A stretch of DNA of 45,557 nucleotides, counting the filler, from Catajapyx aquilonaris (taxonomy: Eukaryota): the NCBI GenBank assembly GCA_000934665.2. It is 2 parts of 2 records of this genome, joined end to end, with 100 filler letters (N's around TTAATTAATTAA, not from the genome) between each part and the next. Parts side by side here need not be neighbours in the genome. Positions count along the whole stretch, not along the records: positions 1 to 23,563 come from KZ539442.1; 1 more part is not named here. One strand, given 5' to 3'. Both the position numbers and the translations under genes were made by a program. Positions 1 to 14,200 of the stretch are shown here, in pieces (position 1 is the stretch's first letter; every line of letters starts with the position of its first letter). Under the pieces are notes generated by a model. It worked only from the letters and a program-made list of their open reading frames with translations, had not been told where the DNA came from and made no database searches.

Positions 1-54
1 GACCCGTCGCTGGGTCGTTCGCGTCACTCACTCGATTTGTAAACAGTGGCAACA

Positions 55-111
55 ATGGAAGCGCTCTCCATGTGCCGATGTTTGAATTGGCCCGCCGGAC
101 GGGGTTGCCAG
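55..111 (+). CDS. Candidate first coding exon of the SBP2 gene (MEALSMCRCLNWPAGRGCQ)
   Basis: ATG at 55 in ACAATGG context, in a CpG-containing region. Ends CAG|GTAATG at phase 0, matching the phase-0 acceptor at 2370. No homology support. Confidence 0.4.
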
Positions 112-1119
112 GTAATGGGCTAAACATAAGCAGCTTATGCCGAATTTGTCAGTAACTAAAACGACAAAAAAGTTTGATCACCCTGTATATTTTTTAAAAT
201 CTATTTTACCCCGTGATACAACTATAAGTCGTTACAGGGGGGTGGCACACCACCATCAGTTTTCAAACTGGGTTTTTCTTCAATCCCCGTGCAAGGACTT
301 AAGGATGTTGGGTAGGGATTGTTGGGGAAGGGACACTTGTGCAGGTCTTAATTGTTTAAATAGTCTGGAGACTCAACAAGTTTCATCCTGAATTTTTGGA
401 ATAGCCTATGTGATGTGGTGGTGCTCCTGTGGGGAATACTGTAGGGAGATGCAAACAGAGCATCTACAGAGGGAGAAACGCAAGTTGTGTGATGGTTAGC
501 GGAGCTGAAGTCGATCACAAAAGTGTTGGACATGCTGGACAGTTTGCTTTTCCACAACTCCAAGACAGAGAGTATGCAACTAAAGTGGACAGACCAAATA
601 ACGATGTGTCCACTACACCCCTTGACATGCTGGAGAGCACCTCCGGGAGGGATATTATTGCCTTAAAATTGTCCTTGCTACTAAAGGAGCACATGTGGAA
701 GGCTACTGATATTTTTTGCATAAATTTGAGGAGTGTCCCTTCTCATTTGTACAATTTTGGCACCATGGTCCAGTAACTTGGTTAATAATAGTAAGTTGAA
801 ACTAGGGAGGTTCATTGTGGTTTGTGGACACCCTGTACAGGTAACCATAGTAACCATACACTACAACAATGTAACAGGAAACTACTACTGTTCCAGAACT
901 TGTGGAACACCCTGTACATCGAAGCCTTCAATAAGTAATTGTGCCATTTTTTCATTCAGAATAGTTTTATCGGTTCAGGGCAAAATGGAAATGGGCAGTA
1001 ATTTGTTTTTGTAAAGCCAACAACTTGTAATATTATATGTGTTTGCATTTGGGTACATTGTTGTGAGACAATAATGGCACAACAATGGTTGTGCACAGTT
1101 TCAGGTGGCCATGCTCTAC

Positions 1120-1583
1120 TAGTCCAGGCCCTAAGCACAAAAATCAGGCCTAACCTTGCACTTCGTGATAAGAAGGTGCCACTTGGCACATAATGTTCCC
1201 TAGGCCTAGAGGAGCAATTCCAAAGTTGCAGGCAACTGATCGGCCCCTTAGGTCACGAGTTATGCGGTGTTGCCAACATGGTCCGGGACCTAAGCATAAC
1301 CGTATAACTCATGACCTAAGGGGCCAATCAGGTGCCGCCAACTCTCAAGTGGATCCTCTAGGCCTGGGGAACATGCTTGCCAAAATCCCAAAATGCACAG
1401 TTAAAAATGGTTAAAAACGCTTCGGTCCCGGGCCAGGTTGGCAACACCGGATAACTTGTGACCTAAGGGGCCGATCAGTTGGCTGCAACTCTGGAATTGC
1501 TCCTATAGGCCTAGGGAACATATGTGCCAAGTGGCATCTTCTTATCACAAAGTGCAAGGTTAAAACGCTTAGGGCCTGGACTA
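1120..1583. mobile_element. Non-autonomous DNA transposon (MITE) with long inverted arms
   Basis: Termini TAGTCCAGGCCCTAAGC / GCTTAGGGCCTGGACTA, with TAC on both flanks (3-bp TSD). Imperfect inverted arms of about 170 bp, plus a third internal partial copy at about 1300-1382. Confidence 0.75.
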
Positions 1584-2369
1584 TACAGGCAATGTTGCAC
1601 GGTGCCGCTGAAAATTTTAAAGGTGTGCTACAGAGTCAAATAAATAGTTTTGGAGTGGCAGTTCTCCACTATTATTTGTTATTGTTTTCATAGATTTGCT
1701 CTATGTGCCATGGTGATGGCAAGATGAAAACACCTCATAACTGCATAAGTATGTAAGGAATCACTTTGTCTTTTTTTCCTGCCTAACTGATGCCCAGTGA
1801 CCACGTCAAGTGACTTTTCAAAGGGAAATGCATTAGCCTCTAAGGGAGTGTCTCAAAGGGTTAAATGTTATGGAAGACAGTGAACAAATTGATACCATGA
1901 TATTTATGGCAATATGTTACATTGGTTTTATGTTAGTGCTGAATTAAGGCACAATCCTTCTGATTCGTCATAACAACTCTGGTGTCCTAGAAAATCAAAC
2001 CACACTCTGTCAAATTGGGCAATGCATTCCCTATAACCAAGATGGATAAACAGGGTATGGTGGCCAGACTTCCTCGATACGGTAGAATGCTGAAGTGGGT
2101 CCAGCCACTGGNTTGCACTGCGCTCAGATTTCGGCCCTGATAGCACAGCTGCGCCTCTGGCGGCCAGACCTTACATCACACTCACACCCCGCTAGAGGGA
2201 AAACGGCCGCAGTTTTGCCACCATACCCTGTATATCCATCTTGCCTATAACAATTCATTTTGCAGGTGATATTGCATTATTCCTCTTAATTACTGTTGAT
2301 AAAAAGCATGTAATACTACATATCTTTGCAATTAATAGTAATTACATCTCTCTTACACTGCAATTTCAG

Positions 2370-5300
2370 AAATTCCAGCTGTCAGCAGATGTGGAGCCAT
2401 TTGTTCCTAGATGCTACCAGCAATTTCAGCCACTAGTTGCTGATGACAAGATTGTTTCATACCATGATGGAGATACAGATGGGAGTGGTTCAAGTTGCTT
2501 TCCATCCAACACTAGGGACAAAATCGATGAATTGGTGAGTAATTACTCTGAATTGAAAATGAAATCCTACTTAAACCATGTTGCAGGTGCCACTTGAGGT
2601 TGGTACAAGTGATGTCGGAGATGGGCATCTGCCAGTTTACGATGATCACGAGAACAACGAACCTGTAGAAGGGGCTCAAGGATATGAAGATGGTTACGAG
2701 TATGGACATCCTGAAGATCTACCATACGATGAATTTTACGTCAGCCAACAGTTTCCATCTCACCCCTACGCAATGTATCCTCCGCCAAGGATGTTGCAAC
2801 CAGGATACACAGCCTATGCAGATTACGGTAGACCATATTATCCCCGACCTTATCACCCCAGATCAAACAATCCTCGATCGCGCCATCCTCGATCGCGCCA
2901 TCCTCAATCATACCATAACCGATTCCATGCTCACTCGTACCATCCACGGTCTTACTGTCCTCGACCAGACTACTCATATGAGCATGTACCGCCATATGAT
3001 CAGGTGTTTATGCCTCATATGAACTACCCTCATGTGCGACCACAGGCATATGATTTAGGGCATGGCATGCACTTTTCAAATTCTTCATTAAGTTCACGTG
3101 ATACATATGGATCATCTAAGCCCCTGCAGTTACGGAATAGAGGTAACCGTGGATCTGTGAATGAAGCATCAGGGCGCAGAGTACGACGAAGGCGAGGAGC
3201 TGCCAAGTCACTTACGGTGCAAGTAGATGAGCCACGTGCCTTGCAGTTAACTGATATTGCTACCATGACAGGCGAACTTCAGGAGCATGGTGTATCAAAT
3301 TCCAGGAAGTTTTCAAACAAAGAAAAACCAGGAACTGGGGTCGAAGCTGTTCAAAAGGTAGAACAAGGAGAGGTGGTTGAGGGAGAGTCACCTACCCCTT
3401 TAGCTTCCATTCATCAGCCTCCTGTATTAAATGAGAAGGTGCACCTTCGACATGGTAGAGAGCCGATGCCACGCTTATTGTCTAATTTTGTGGCCCCATC
3501 ACTCCCAACTCTGTCAGGTTCCAAAACCAAACATTCATGGAGGCCTTCAGTAACCACAGATAAGCCAATTCAAAAGCATGACTTCCATCTTGACAGTAGT
3601 TGGCCAGATTTGCCTGGTACTTATTCTGCTCAGCCTAAGAAGGACAGTCCTAAAGGAACCTGTAATGCATCATTTGCCGACATGTTGAAGAACCAAGTTG
3701 TAGAGGAACCTGCTCAGCCTTGCCTGCCAGCTGCACAACCTGCAAATGGCAAAACTTATTCGGAAAAGGTGAAAGAAAAATGTGCTCCAGCCAAGTGCAC
3801 CCCTCTTGCAGCTCAATCACTACATAATGTAACACACAAGCCTAGCACAGGCACAGCCACTCTTGTTCCTAAGCAGGATTTAAGGATCCACGGAGCAGTG
3901 CCTAAACATAAGCCCCCAGTGCTTCAGAGGGCAGGAAAACCAATGAACAAGAACATAACTGAGCCATCACAAGAAGCTGTCAAAGAAAGCTGTGCCAAAG
4001 TAAGTGTAAATACTTCAGCAAATGATGACAAGAAAGTCATATTGAAGGAGATGCAGCAGACATTACATGATGCAAGGGTATTAGAGAAAATGCTTTCTTC
4101 AGAGAATGAGAAGGTGCAAATGGTGAACCCGGTGCATATGGCGAACCCAGTGCTAATGCAAAAGAGGGACTGCAGGAAGAGTGCAGTGCCTGTGAAACCT
4201 AAAAGGGGTGTTGTGCCACTCACCTTAGAGGAAGTAAATTTCTTACTCAAGCTAGATGAAGAGACCTTTCCAAGGTTGGAATCACCTGCTGAACAGAACT
4301 TCTTGGTCGAGTGCACCAAAAAAAATGATTTGCCGTCAAAGCCAGGCAAAACAAGCAGTGGGCAGCCACCCCTCGGGAGTGATTCTGAGTGGGAAAACAT
4401 TGATGGAGAGCATGACACAGTGCCAGCGTACAGTGCAGTGTTGAAGTCAGAGAACCCAGTGACGAAGGGGCGTGCTAGTATCCAGTGTGGTGTTGGTGGT
4501 GGTGGTCCTGGTGCTCCTGGAACTTCAGCTGCCACAAACAAGAAAAAACCAAAGAGAAAAGACCCCATTAGTATCAGCATATTTGCTGCCCTAGAGGTAA
4601 GTGTGTAAGGAAGAAAGTCCCAAATTTTGAATAAATGCTGCTGTCACTTCTTTGTTTACTACAACTACTACATGTACAATGGGCGCCAAATGTATTGTCC
4701 GAAGTTGATGGGTATATAGCGCCGTCCATCAGCAGCGGGAGAAACTGACATGCTGGTGACGATCCCTGCCTCTAATAGAGGCGCATCGGGAGACCCAGGG
4801 GAGACCGGAGAAGAGGGGGGAGTCATATGTGTCCGGATGGTTAAATGGGAAAGAGAGACAGATTATTATTTGGGCTTCGTTGGCTAATAAGCGTAAGGTC
4901 ATGGGCATTTTTCAGACTCGAAATTTGTGTATCATTACGATATCGCACTGTTATCTGTGATGCACGTTTGCCGCGCTGTAAATGTGTGAGTTGACAGGTC
5001 ATTCTTTTATCGATGCAGTATTCCATGCGACGACGATGCATGAATAATAATGATGATGATAACAATAAGGATAATAATAACAACAACAACAACAATAATA
5101 ATAATAATCATAATAATAATAATCATAATAATAATCATAATAATAATAATAATTCACACTGCAAAACAATCCGATCGGATGTAGGTGTTCATTTTTGACT
5201 CGACAATATTAACAAAAATGAAAGCCATGATCCTATTGCGATGTTCAAGTCCCATGTGAATGACGTCATTGAGGTGGGCCGTATCTCGGACATCATTGTT

Positions 5301-8248
5301 GAAAGAAACAATATACAGTAAAACTTCTATAAGTTGAACTTCCCTAAGTCGAAGTTCTCTATAAGTGGAAGAAAATGATGAGCTTGGTTGGTCCCAATGT
5401 AAAATAATGGGAAATAAACTTCCCTAACTCGAATTTCTACAACTCGAAGTTCTCCATAACTGGAAGTGCAGGCAGGGCCTTACAATGGGATATGTATGCA
5501 TTTTCAGTCTCCGTAAGTCCAAGTTCTGGCGAGTACGGAAAATTTTCTCATTTCCCAGCCGAAGGGTCGAGAGTAGGCCACATGTACAGAAAGGCTCAAT
5601 TTCCTGATCTCCGTCTACCAGACGTACCGAAAGAAGTGTTTGACTCAATCGTGACAATTGAATCCTTGGATCTAAGAGTAGGCAAATGTTCATAACTGAC
5701 AAGGGAACCTCTCGAAGTGTCACTCGAAGTTCAAGGTGAAATATTTTTTTTTCGGGTTCCTTATCAGCTAGAAGGACAACACCCTTCTGGAGAAATCCTC
5801 GATCTCAAGCGTTTTCGAGATACAGGGGTCAAAAGGTCAAGAATTGACCACTTTATGAAGGCCCTGAGGAAGCTATCATTAGTGCTATCGGCGAGATTTT
5901 TGGGATCTAGAGGTTTCTTGGATTGGGGAATACAGTGGCATAACCAAAAATCATGAATTATGCACATGAAGGGTATTTCTCAGGGAAGGGGGTGGGAGGT
6001 GGAGGGACAAAAATTACTATAAACAAAGTATTTTCTACTCCTTACGTCTTTAGACAGCACTGACTGGACACCCAAGTTGGTGAATTTCATTAACTATATC
6101 ATGCAAACATGAATTATGTAGAATTTCTGAAGCACTCCTCTTGACGAAATTCACCAACTTGGGTGTCTAGTCAGTGCTGGCTAAAGACGTAAGGAGTAGA
6201 AAATACTTTGTTTATAGTAATTTTTGTCCCCCCACCTCCCACCCCCTTCCCTGAGAAGTACCCTTCATGTGCATAATTCAGGATTTTCGGTTATGCCACT
6301 GTATTTCCCATCCCAAGAAACCTCTAGATCCCAAAAATCTCTCTGATAGCACTAATGATAGCTTCCTCAGGGCCTTCCTAAAGTGGTCCATGCTTGACCT
6401 TTAGACCCCTGTATCTCTAAAACGCTTGAGATCGAGGATTTCTCCAGAAGGGTGTTGTCCTTCTAGCTGATAAGGAACCCGAAAAAAAATATTTCACCTT
6501 GAACTTCGAGTGACACTTCGAGAGGTTCCCTGAGATTTTTTTACAACAAAACAACGAGGAACATTGTAAGTGGGATAGTGACAGTCATTTTTAAGTTTTG
6601 AACACCTTTCGGCGCTGGATATAAAGGTAGGCTTCCTTATAGAGTTCTGTGCTTTATGGCCTTCGGACGTGTAAAATGAAAGGCACAAGACATTGCTACG
6701 ATGGGTAGCAGGAAATTGCATTGATTGTTATGTGAGGGCAGCATCTCCCTGGACACTTTAAAAGTGCGATATTGTTAAAGGGACACTCCACTCAAAATAC
6801 GAGTTGGCCCCCAAAAATCGGGAAAAAAATCCTGATTCCAACGACACCGATAATGAATTTTTCCGATGAACGATGACCTCAGCGGAACCGGTTAATTACG
6901 CGTATTTTGGCAATACGGTTGCAATCGTATACTACTGTTCACGACACCCTCGCCGCCTGGCGGCAGAAATGGGAAATGGAGTATGCATAGCTCTGCCCGC
7001 GAATTCAAATCTGAACGTATTCGAACCGTATGCAACTGTTCACGACACCTGCGCCACCTATCGGCAGGAATTGAAGAATAGGGAGGTCATGCCGAGAATC
7101 CAGGAGGCGAATTCCATGTCAAGCCGGGATGGACTCTCCCTGTGCCGGCCTCCGAAACATCGGGTGCACTTACAGACCCGACCTCATTAGTGACCTTTCT
7201 GTGGTCCGCCATCCTTCTCATCAGGTTCGGCTCGAAAGCGCTCGAAGCTGGTGCGCTAGTGTTGCCTAGCGCGCCTCGCGCGGCAGATGTTTGTTGAGCA
7301 CACTCTCTACTTCTCCGGTTTGCCGCGGGATGCTGTTGTATCGCCCTTCTTAGCAGACGACGTGTGTAGATATATGATTTTCCGTGTTACCGTTGGGCGT
7401 AGAAAAAAAAAACGATTGCACATTCGGAATCAGGATTTTTTGCCCGATTTTTGGGGGTCAACTTGTATTTTGAGTGGAGTGTCCCTTTAAAGCAATGAGA
7501 GGAATGACGCGTGTCGTGCGAGTAGGCTCATTTTCAGAAGCTGAAACATGTGGCATTAAATTTCTCGTAAAGAGTAACCCCGGGGGGAGGGGGGGGGGGG
7601 GAGATGGTTCAAGGCAGTGTAGGGGCAAACAAACAAACAAACACAAACTTCCTAAAATACGTATAGATATTGCGTAAATCTGTGGAGAGACCAAACAATG
7701 GTTTTGGTTGCATTAAAGCATGAACAGCGCCTGATTTACGGCAAGGCAACCTAAGTAGTTGCCTAGGGCGGCAGATTTCAAGGGGTGGCAAATTTATGCA
7801 TACCAAAAAAAAGTCAACGAAGAATTAATAATAAATAATTACGCGACTGGAAGCAGCGCCGGATTTACTATTGGGCAGAGCTGCAAGTTGAGATAAATAT
7901 TTTTCAAATAGGCTACAATAATAATAGGAAGTAAATATAAAGGACCGAAGCAGTTTGGTGAAGTGGATAAGGTGTTCGGCTGCTAATCGGGAGGTCCTGG
8001 GTTACAGCCCTGGGGCCGGCAATCCTAACTGGGGTTTTCTGTGGTTTCCCATGGTCCCCCCAGGAGAATTCCGGGATTGCTTCCTAAATAATAGGCCACA
8101 GCCACTTCCTTTCCTGTCCTTGTCCCGTCCATGAGGAGGTGCGGTGTCGGTGGGGGATTTCTGACCCACATCTAAAGGGTCATGTTAGCGAACAGGCCCC
8201 CTGAGGGACTGCACACGACCCCCAACTTGTGACATTGCACCTGCACCA

Positions 8249-8288
<40 letters not shown>

Positions 8289-11200
8289 NNNNNNNNNNNN
8301 NNNNNNNNNNNNNNNNNNNNNNNNNNNNNNNNNNNNNNNNNNNNNNNNNNNNNNNNNNNNNNNNNNNNNNNNNNNNNNNNNNNNNNNNNNNNNNNNNNNN
8401 NNNNNNNNNNNNNNNNNNNNNNNNNNNNNNNNNNNNNNNNNNNNNNNNNNNNNNNNNNNNNNNNNNNNNNNNNNNNNNNNNNNNNNNGGGAGAGGGAGAG
8501 AGAGAGAGAGAGAGAGAATTCGGCACAGAGCATGAAGCCGCGTTTACATGTGAGGGATGTGATGAGCGATGTCATCACTGGGCAATGTTAACTTATCGAA
8601 AGCAGAGATTTGGGATGAAAGTAGCAATCACGTTTAAGAAGGAAGGACATCACTCAGGTCATTTTGAAATAGACCCTGGCGAAGTACATCGCTGACTTGT
8701 AAGCACACGCGCTATGTATAAGCGCTGTTGCTTGCGTCATGACGTCAGAACCACTACAACTCATTTTGCTCGGCGATGGCATCAGCAATCAAATCGCTCA
8801 CATGTAAATGCGGCTTTATAAAGTAAAAAGAGTGTCATTGAAGAGCTCAAAAGAAGCCAAGTCCATAATAATAAATTTTACATGAGAATCTGTCATCCGG
8901 AAACTGTTGCAAATTGAAAGTACCTGATAGATGGAATCGTGAGATGGCATTTTTATGCATTTTTTTATGCAAGTTTTGAAAATCATGGATTGATAGTTTA
9001 GCCACATATTTGGATCTAGCTGGTTTTGCTTGAAAAAAAATGTATTTTTTCCACAAAATGATTTTTAACTAATATGGCGTGTTAAAATGCGGATTCCACT
9101 ACTCGTGAGACAGGCTCATGTATATGTTTCATAGGGATATGAAAAAACTAAATTAACCCTGGAACCGTGACGTAGGGTCTTTTAGGACCCCAAAGGAATT
9201 AAAATGATAATTACAATGAACTTTTGCCATTTAAAAAAAGTATATAACAGGAAGTGCATGTTTATTTTGAATTAGCGATCATTTTAGGCATTGTTCAAAG
9301 AATTATTGCATATAGTCAATACATTGAAAAGTGTTATATAAAAATTAATAAAAATGAAGATATGGATGGGGTCCTAAAAGACCCCACGTACGGTTTCCGT
9401 AACTTTCATGCATGTCACGGTTCCAGGGTTAAACACATTTAACATTACAAATCCAATTATCGCTTTGGAGCGGGCTTCTTTTGCACACAAACTTGGATAT
9501 AGCTGGTTTTGCATAGAACGTGCATTTTTAGAACCACTTTACAATTTACATCCGGTTTTATGTGGCTATGCCACACCATCTTTGGGTACTTGGTAGATGG
9601 CATCATGGAGAACCCAATATCACTTCAAACTAATTTTTTTCCTTGGTTGGATCTAGCTGCTTTTGCTTGGGAGCTCGTCTATTGTTGGTACCTATTTACA
9701 CATCACTGACAGGGGGGTGGTTCCATTTCCTCAATTTCAGATCAGCCAGTGAGTAAAAAAAGATGTCAAGTCATAGTCATCGATTTTTTTGAAAAAAAAA
9801 AAAATGTGAAACCCACATCCTTTTGAACTTTTATGGAGCAGTCAGTTTTACGAGATTAAATTTAGTTATCGAGATATTAATATTTCTTTTTAAGGGGTAC
9901 CAAAATCACAATCACGGGAAGATGCACTTTTTCCGTTGCTCTCAATGAGCAGGGGCGGATCCATACTTTCGATTTGGGGGGTTGNNNNNNNNNNNNNNNN
10001 NNNNNNNNNNNNNNNNNNNNNNNNNNNNNNNNNNNNNNNNNNNNNNNNNNNNNNNNNNNNNNNNNNNNNNNNNNNNNNNNNNNNNNNNNNNNNNNNNNNN
10101 NNNNNNNNNNNNNNNNNNNNNNNNNNNNNNNNNNNNNNNNNNNNNNNNNNNNNNNNNNNNNNNNNNNNNNNNNNNNNNNNNNNNNNNNNNNNNNNNNNNN
10201 NNNNNNNNNNNNNNNNNNNNNNNNNNNNNNNNNNNNCCCCCCCCTGGATCCGCCCCTGTCAATGAGTATATTTTGGGAACTGTTCTGAAAACCAACATGA
10301 AATTTTAAACTCATGCATTTGGAATAACATGCATAAATTTACCTTATTTAATGGTACAGTCACCTGCAAAAAAATCTCCAATCTTGCATATTTTGGTCAA
10401 AATGCGCAGAGTTTGCTATTTAGTACGCCATTATGGTAAATGTGCTGATTATATTTTGTGATATACTCGGTGACCCCCTAAAGGTTATGAAATAAAACCT
10501 TCGTTAGCTCCGCGTGTAGTCCAGATATGCGATGTGAAAATATGGCAACAAGCGAAAACATGCATATTTCAAAAATTATTTTCTCAAAAAAGCCATTTTT
10601 AACATTTTATTTTTATTTTTTATTTTACAAGGACGGACATGTTATAAAATTCAGTAAGTTATTCTCAAAACCCGGTATATATTTTTTTATACGTGAGATA
10701 TAAATTTTTGTAAAGTGACAGCTTTCGTCATTGTCCTAGGATATGCACACTTCAAATAAATATTTTCTAGAAGAAGCAATTTTGAAAGGGGGGCTATTTA
10801 ACTTACCTGCCACCCATTCTGTCATGCTTAGCATTGCTTATTTACACAAGATTTGCTTCGAGATGTTTTTAGGAATGATATATTCAATTTTTTTTTTTGT
10901 TAAGTGATGGTGATCAAATAAAATCATAGCAGAAATATAATACCTGTATTGCATAGGCCTATACATTATTTGCAATTTCCTTGAAATCTTGGGGATGAAA
11001 TGCTACTTGTAAAATTGACGGGAAATTTTTTATTTACACTGCAGCTTAACTATCTCAATAACATCAACATATTAAAAAGAAATTGATTTTCTGGGAATAA
11101 AACACCCCATACAAATTGCTGATGTCTCATTTATTAGTAAATTGTAGGCCTGTCCAGGGAGCATATACTACATAAGAGGCGCAAACATTCGATTTTTACG

Positions 11201-14200
11201 TCTCTCTGTTTATAGGGCGTTGTCAAGGCTGGTGGCCATATTGAAGTGTGTGTGGTGCGCCAACGAGGTATAAATAGGGTACAGGCAGGTCGTCAAGGTC
11301 CGCGGGGGTCCGCCATCTTTGATGGTTTTGGCTGCCATGGCAATACACGGCAATAACAATTTACTTACCCATACCAATATCGAATTCAAATTCGCGCGTG
11401 TTCTTGGCGTGTAGTTGCCATGGCCGCCAAAATCATCAAAGATGGCGGACCCTATTTTTGCCTGTACCCTATTCATACCTCGTTGGCGCACCACACACTT
11501 CAAGATGGCCGCCAGCCTTGGCGACGCCCTATAAACAGAGAGACGCGAACATCAAAGGCGCCGACAGAAGTTTGCGCCTCTTATGTAGTATATGCTCCCT
11601 GGCCTGTCTGTTACCAAGAGCTGTTACTAATTTCCAATTACAATAGGGCAAGATAAACACTGACAGTGAGTTACCAACATGTAGTCATCACATGCCATGA
11701 TTTGTATTCGCTTCAAATGACACAAAATTTGATTATTTTTAAATCAGTACCAGTATTTGAATGTTTAATTAGTGTTACATTCAGTATATCATAATTTAAT
11801 GGGCATGAAATTATTGCCATTATAGAATAACCTGTTTCATAAGTGCATTATGCAAATGTGAAGTTTTTGTAAGTTTTATGCAGTTATTTCTCCACAGTCA
11901 CAAATAATGAAAGTAAAGTGATGCCTCGAGTGATGCTATATTGCTAGTTTCACTGGAGAAAGTGATGCTCTTAGTCACCAGGTGGTAAATAAACATTTAA
12001 ATTTTTTAATTTTTAAAATTCATACCCCGTTATCAGGCTATCGGCTCTTTAGGGGGGAAGTTTTTTTGTTTGTTTTGCCTGGAACTCTTTGCTTTCATTT
12101 TACTGCGCTTTTTGGGATAGGATAGGGACGGAAGGAAGCGGCTGTGGCCTATTAATTACGGAAGCAACTCCGGAATTTCCCTGGAAGGACCGTGGGAAAC
12201 CACAGAAAACCACGGTCAGAGTTGGCCCCCCGGGATTTGATCCCAGGACCTCCCGATTAGCAGTCGGACACCATATTCCCTACTCCAAACTGCTTCGGTG
12301 GTAAATCAACATTTCTCTTAGTTCCATTATTTACAATGGTAAAACTAAACTTGCAAAAACTTCACATATACATAATGCACATATGAGACAGGATTAGATT
12401 GTAAAAGAAAAAACTCAATTATTTCTAGCTTATTAAATTATAATTGTGTAATTATTTAGTAAGTAGTAGTATAGTAGTAGCCTACCAATTTTTTATTACT
12501 ATACGTAGCCGAAATATCGATATAGGGAAGTGGCGATATATATCGATAGTTCACACGTAAACAATCGATACATCGATAGTCCCATCTCTAGACCTGACAC
12601 CTTTTTTTGCTCACTGGCTGATTTGAAATGGAACCACCCAGGGCATAAATTGCATTGCATGTATTTTAAAAATTCTGTTTCCACAGTTAGAACTGCCCTT
12701 GGTAAATAGTAGCCTACTTAAAATGTGGAGTCCCAACCTGGTGCTCAGAGGAAGCATAAATTGTAGTACATGAGACCTAAGTGAATTAGAATAATTATAC
12801 AAGTAGCGCCCCTGCTTGGACACACACACACACACACACCCATGTTATAATGTGCTATCCTTGTGAGGGTCTGGCAAAAATAAAAATTTAAAACTAACCT
12901 AACCTAACCTAACCTACAAAAAACACACGATATTTTGGTGACCTATTTTTTCACAGTAAAAAGGAGGTCTTGGTTTGATTTTCCGCCATCCTTGTGAGGA
13001 CTGTGTACCTTATGAGGGCCTGAAAAAAGTCCTCGTAAGGTTTTCGGTCCTCACAAGGATAGGAAACAAGCGAAAAAAATCCTCACAAGGATAGCAATGT
13101 CTGATCACACACACACACACACNNNNNNNNNNNNNNNNNNNNNNNNNNNCCCACCCCCCCCCCCCAAACTTGAGAGCAGGACATCATAGGCCAGTTGGCG
13201 CATAGGCTCTCCCTCTGCACACTACTGCAGCTCTCAGGGGGAATGTAGTTCTACATGCACATTGGTCATGATTCACGACTTGGGCAAAGCCCACCAGGGT
13301 GCTATGACTAGCACGTGTCTTGCCTCCATTGATGTGGGTCTTATTACCCTTTCTGACTGCTACATGTTCTCTAATTGTTGGACGGCGAACGTGAAAATCT
13401 ATGGTTACTACTACCTAGGTGATGAGTGTTGATGGACATATAAGCAGAGAGAAAGGATAAGGCTTTTAGTGGTATGATGAAGACCTCGGGGGAAGAACGA
13501 TCAAGGTCCACTTTTTGTCAAAAATTAATTACATATCTCAAAAGATAATTTCACTAGCATAGAATATGGTGGTTAGGTCGTGGAGTCATGATCATAGGTC
13601 ACAATGGAAGGGGTCACAATGGAAGGCCCCGAAAGTGGGATGTACAATAGAACCTTATGGTCCTTCGAAATTTAAAATTGCAATATCTCAGTTTCACCTG
13701 AAGTGGACCTTGATCGTTCTTCCCCCAAGGTCTTTATATGGTTAAACACATGATACTCCTCAGATGTTCAGAAGAACCACAAGTCATACTAATTCATTTG
13801 TCTGTATGGATATTTGTTTTTGTTGTGAGTAAATTTAATTTTTTGGCCCCTCCCTTTCATCTTGTATTTTACGATACAGTAGCGTATCAATCTTTACTTG
13901 CCGTTTTGATGTCTATGGCTTTTATTGACAAGACAATGGGTGGGTATTTCATTTTACTGCTAAGGTTCTGCTAGTGGCCTCCTTCCAACTATGTGAGAGT
14001 TACGTACCATCATGTGTAACATGAATTATTGCAAAATGATTGTGCTTTTAATGCATGATCTCTCATATGACATGCTTTATAAAATGCTTGTGATAAAAGT
14101 TTCGCAAGACTTTTAATAATGGGTGTTGTGCCTTAGATATTTGCATGTTTACATCCATTTTGTCATTTATAACTGTTCTTCTTTTAGGCTCAGAAACAGA

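Noticed and set aside
170..920. Repeated CACCCTGTA ends and ORF 429-776 as a transposase
   Set aside because: Probably decayed Tc1/mariner ends, but no paired TIR or catalytic motif could be supported.
3924..4580. 218-aa antisense ORF
   Set aside because: Shadow of the SBP2 large exon, with no recognisable motifs.
8180..10314. ORFs spanning N-runs, and (CT)n facing (GA)n across the 8289-8487 gap
   Set aside because: Gap artefacts. The inverted microsatellite arrangement cannot be told apart from a scaffolding effect.
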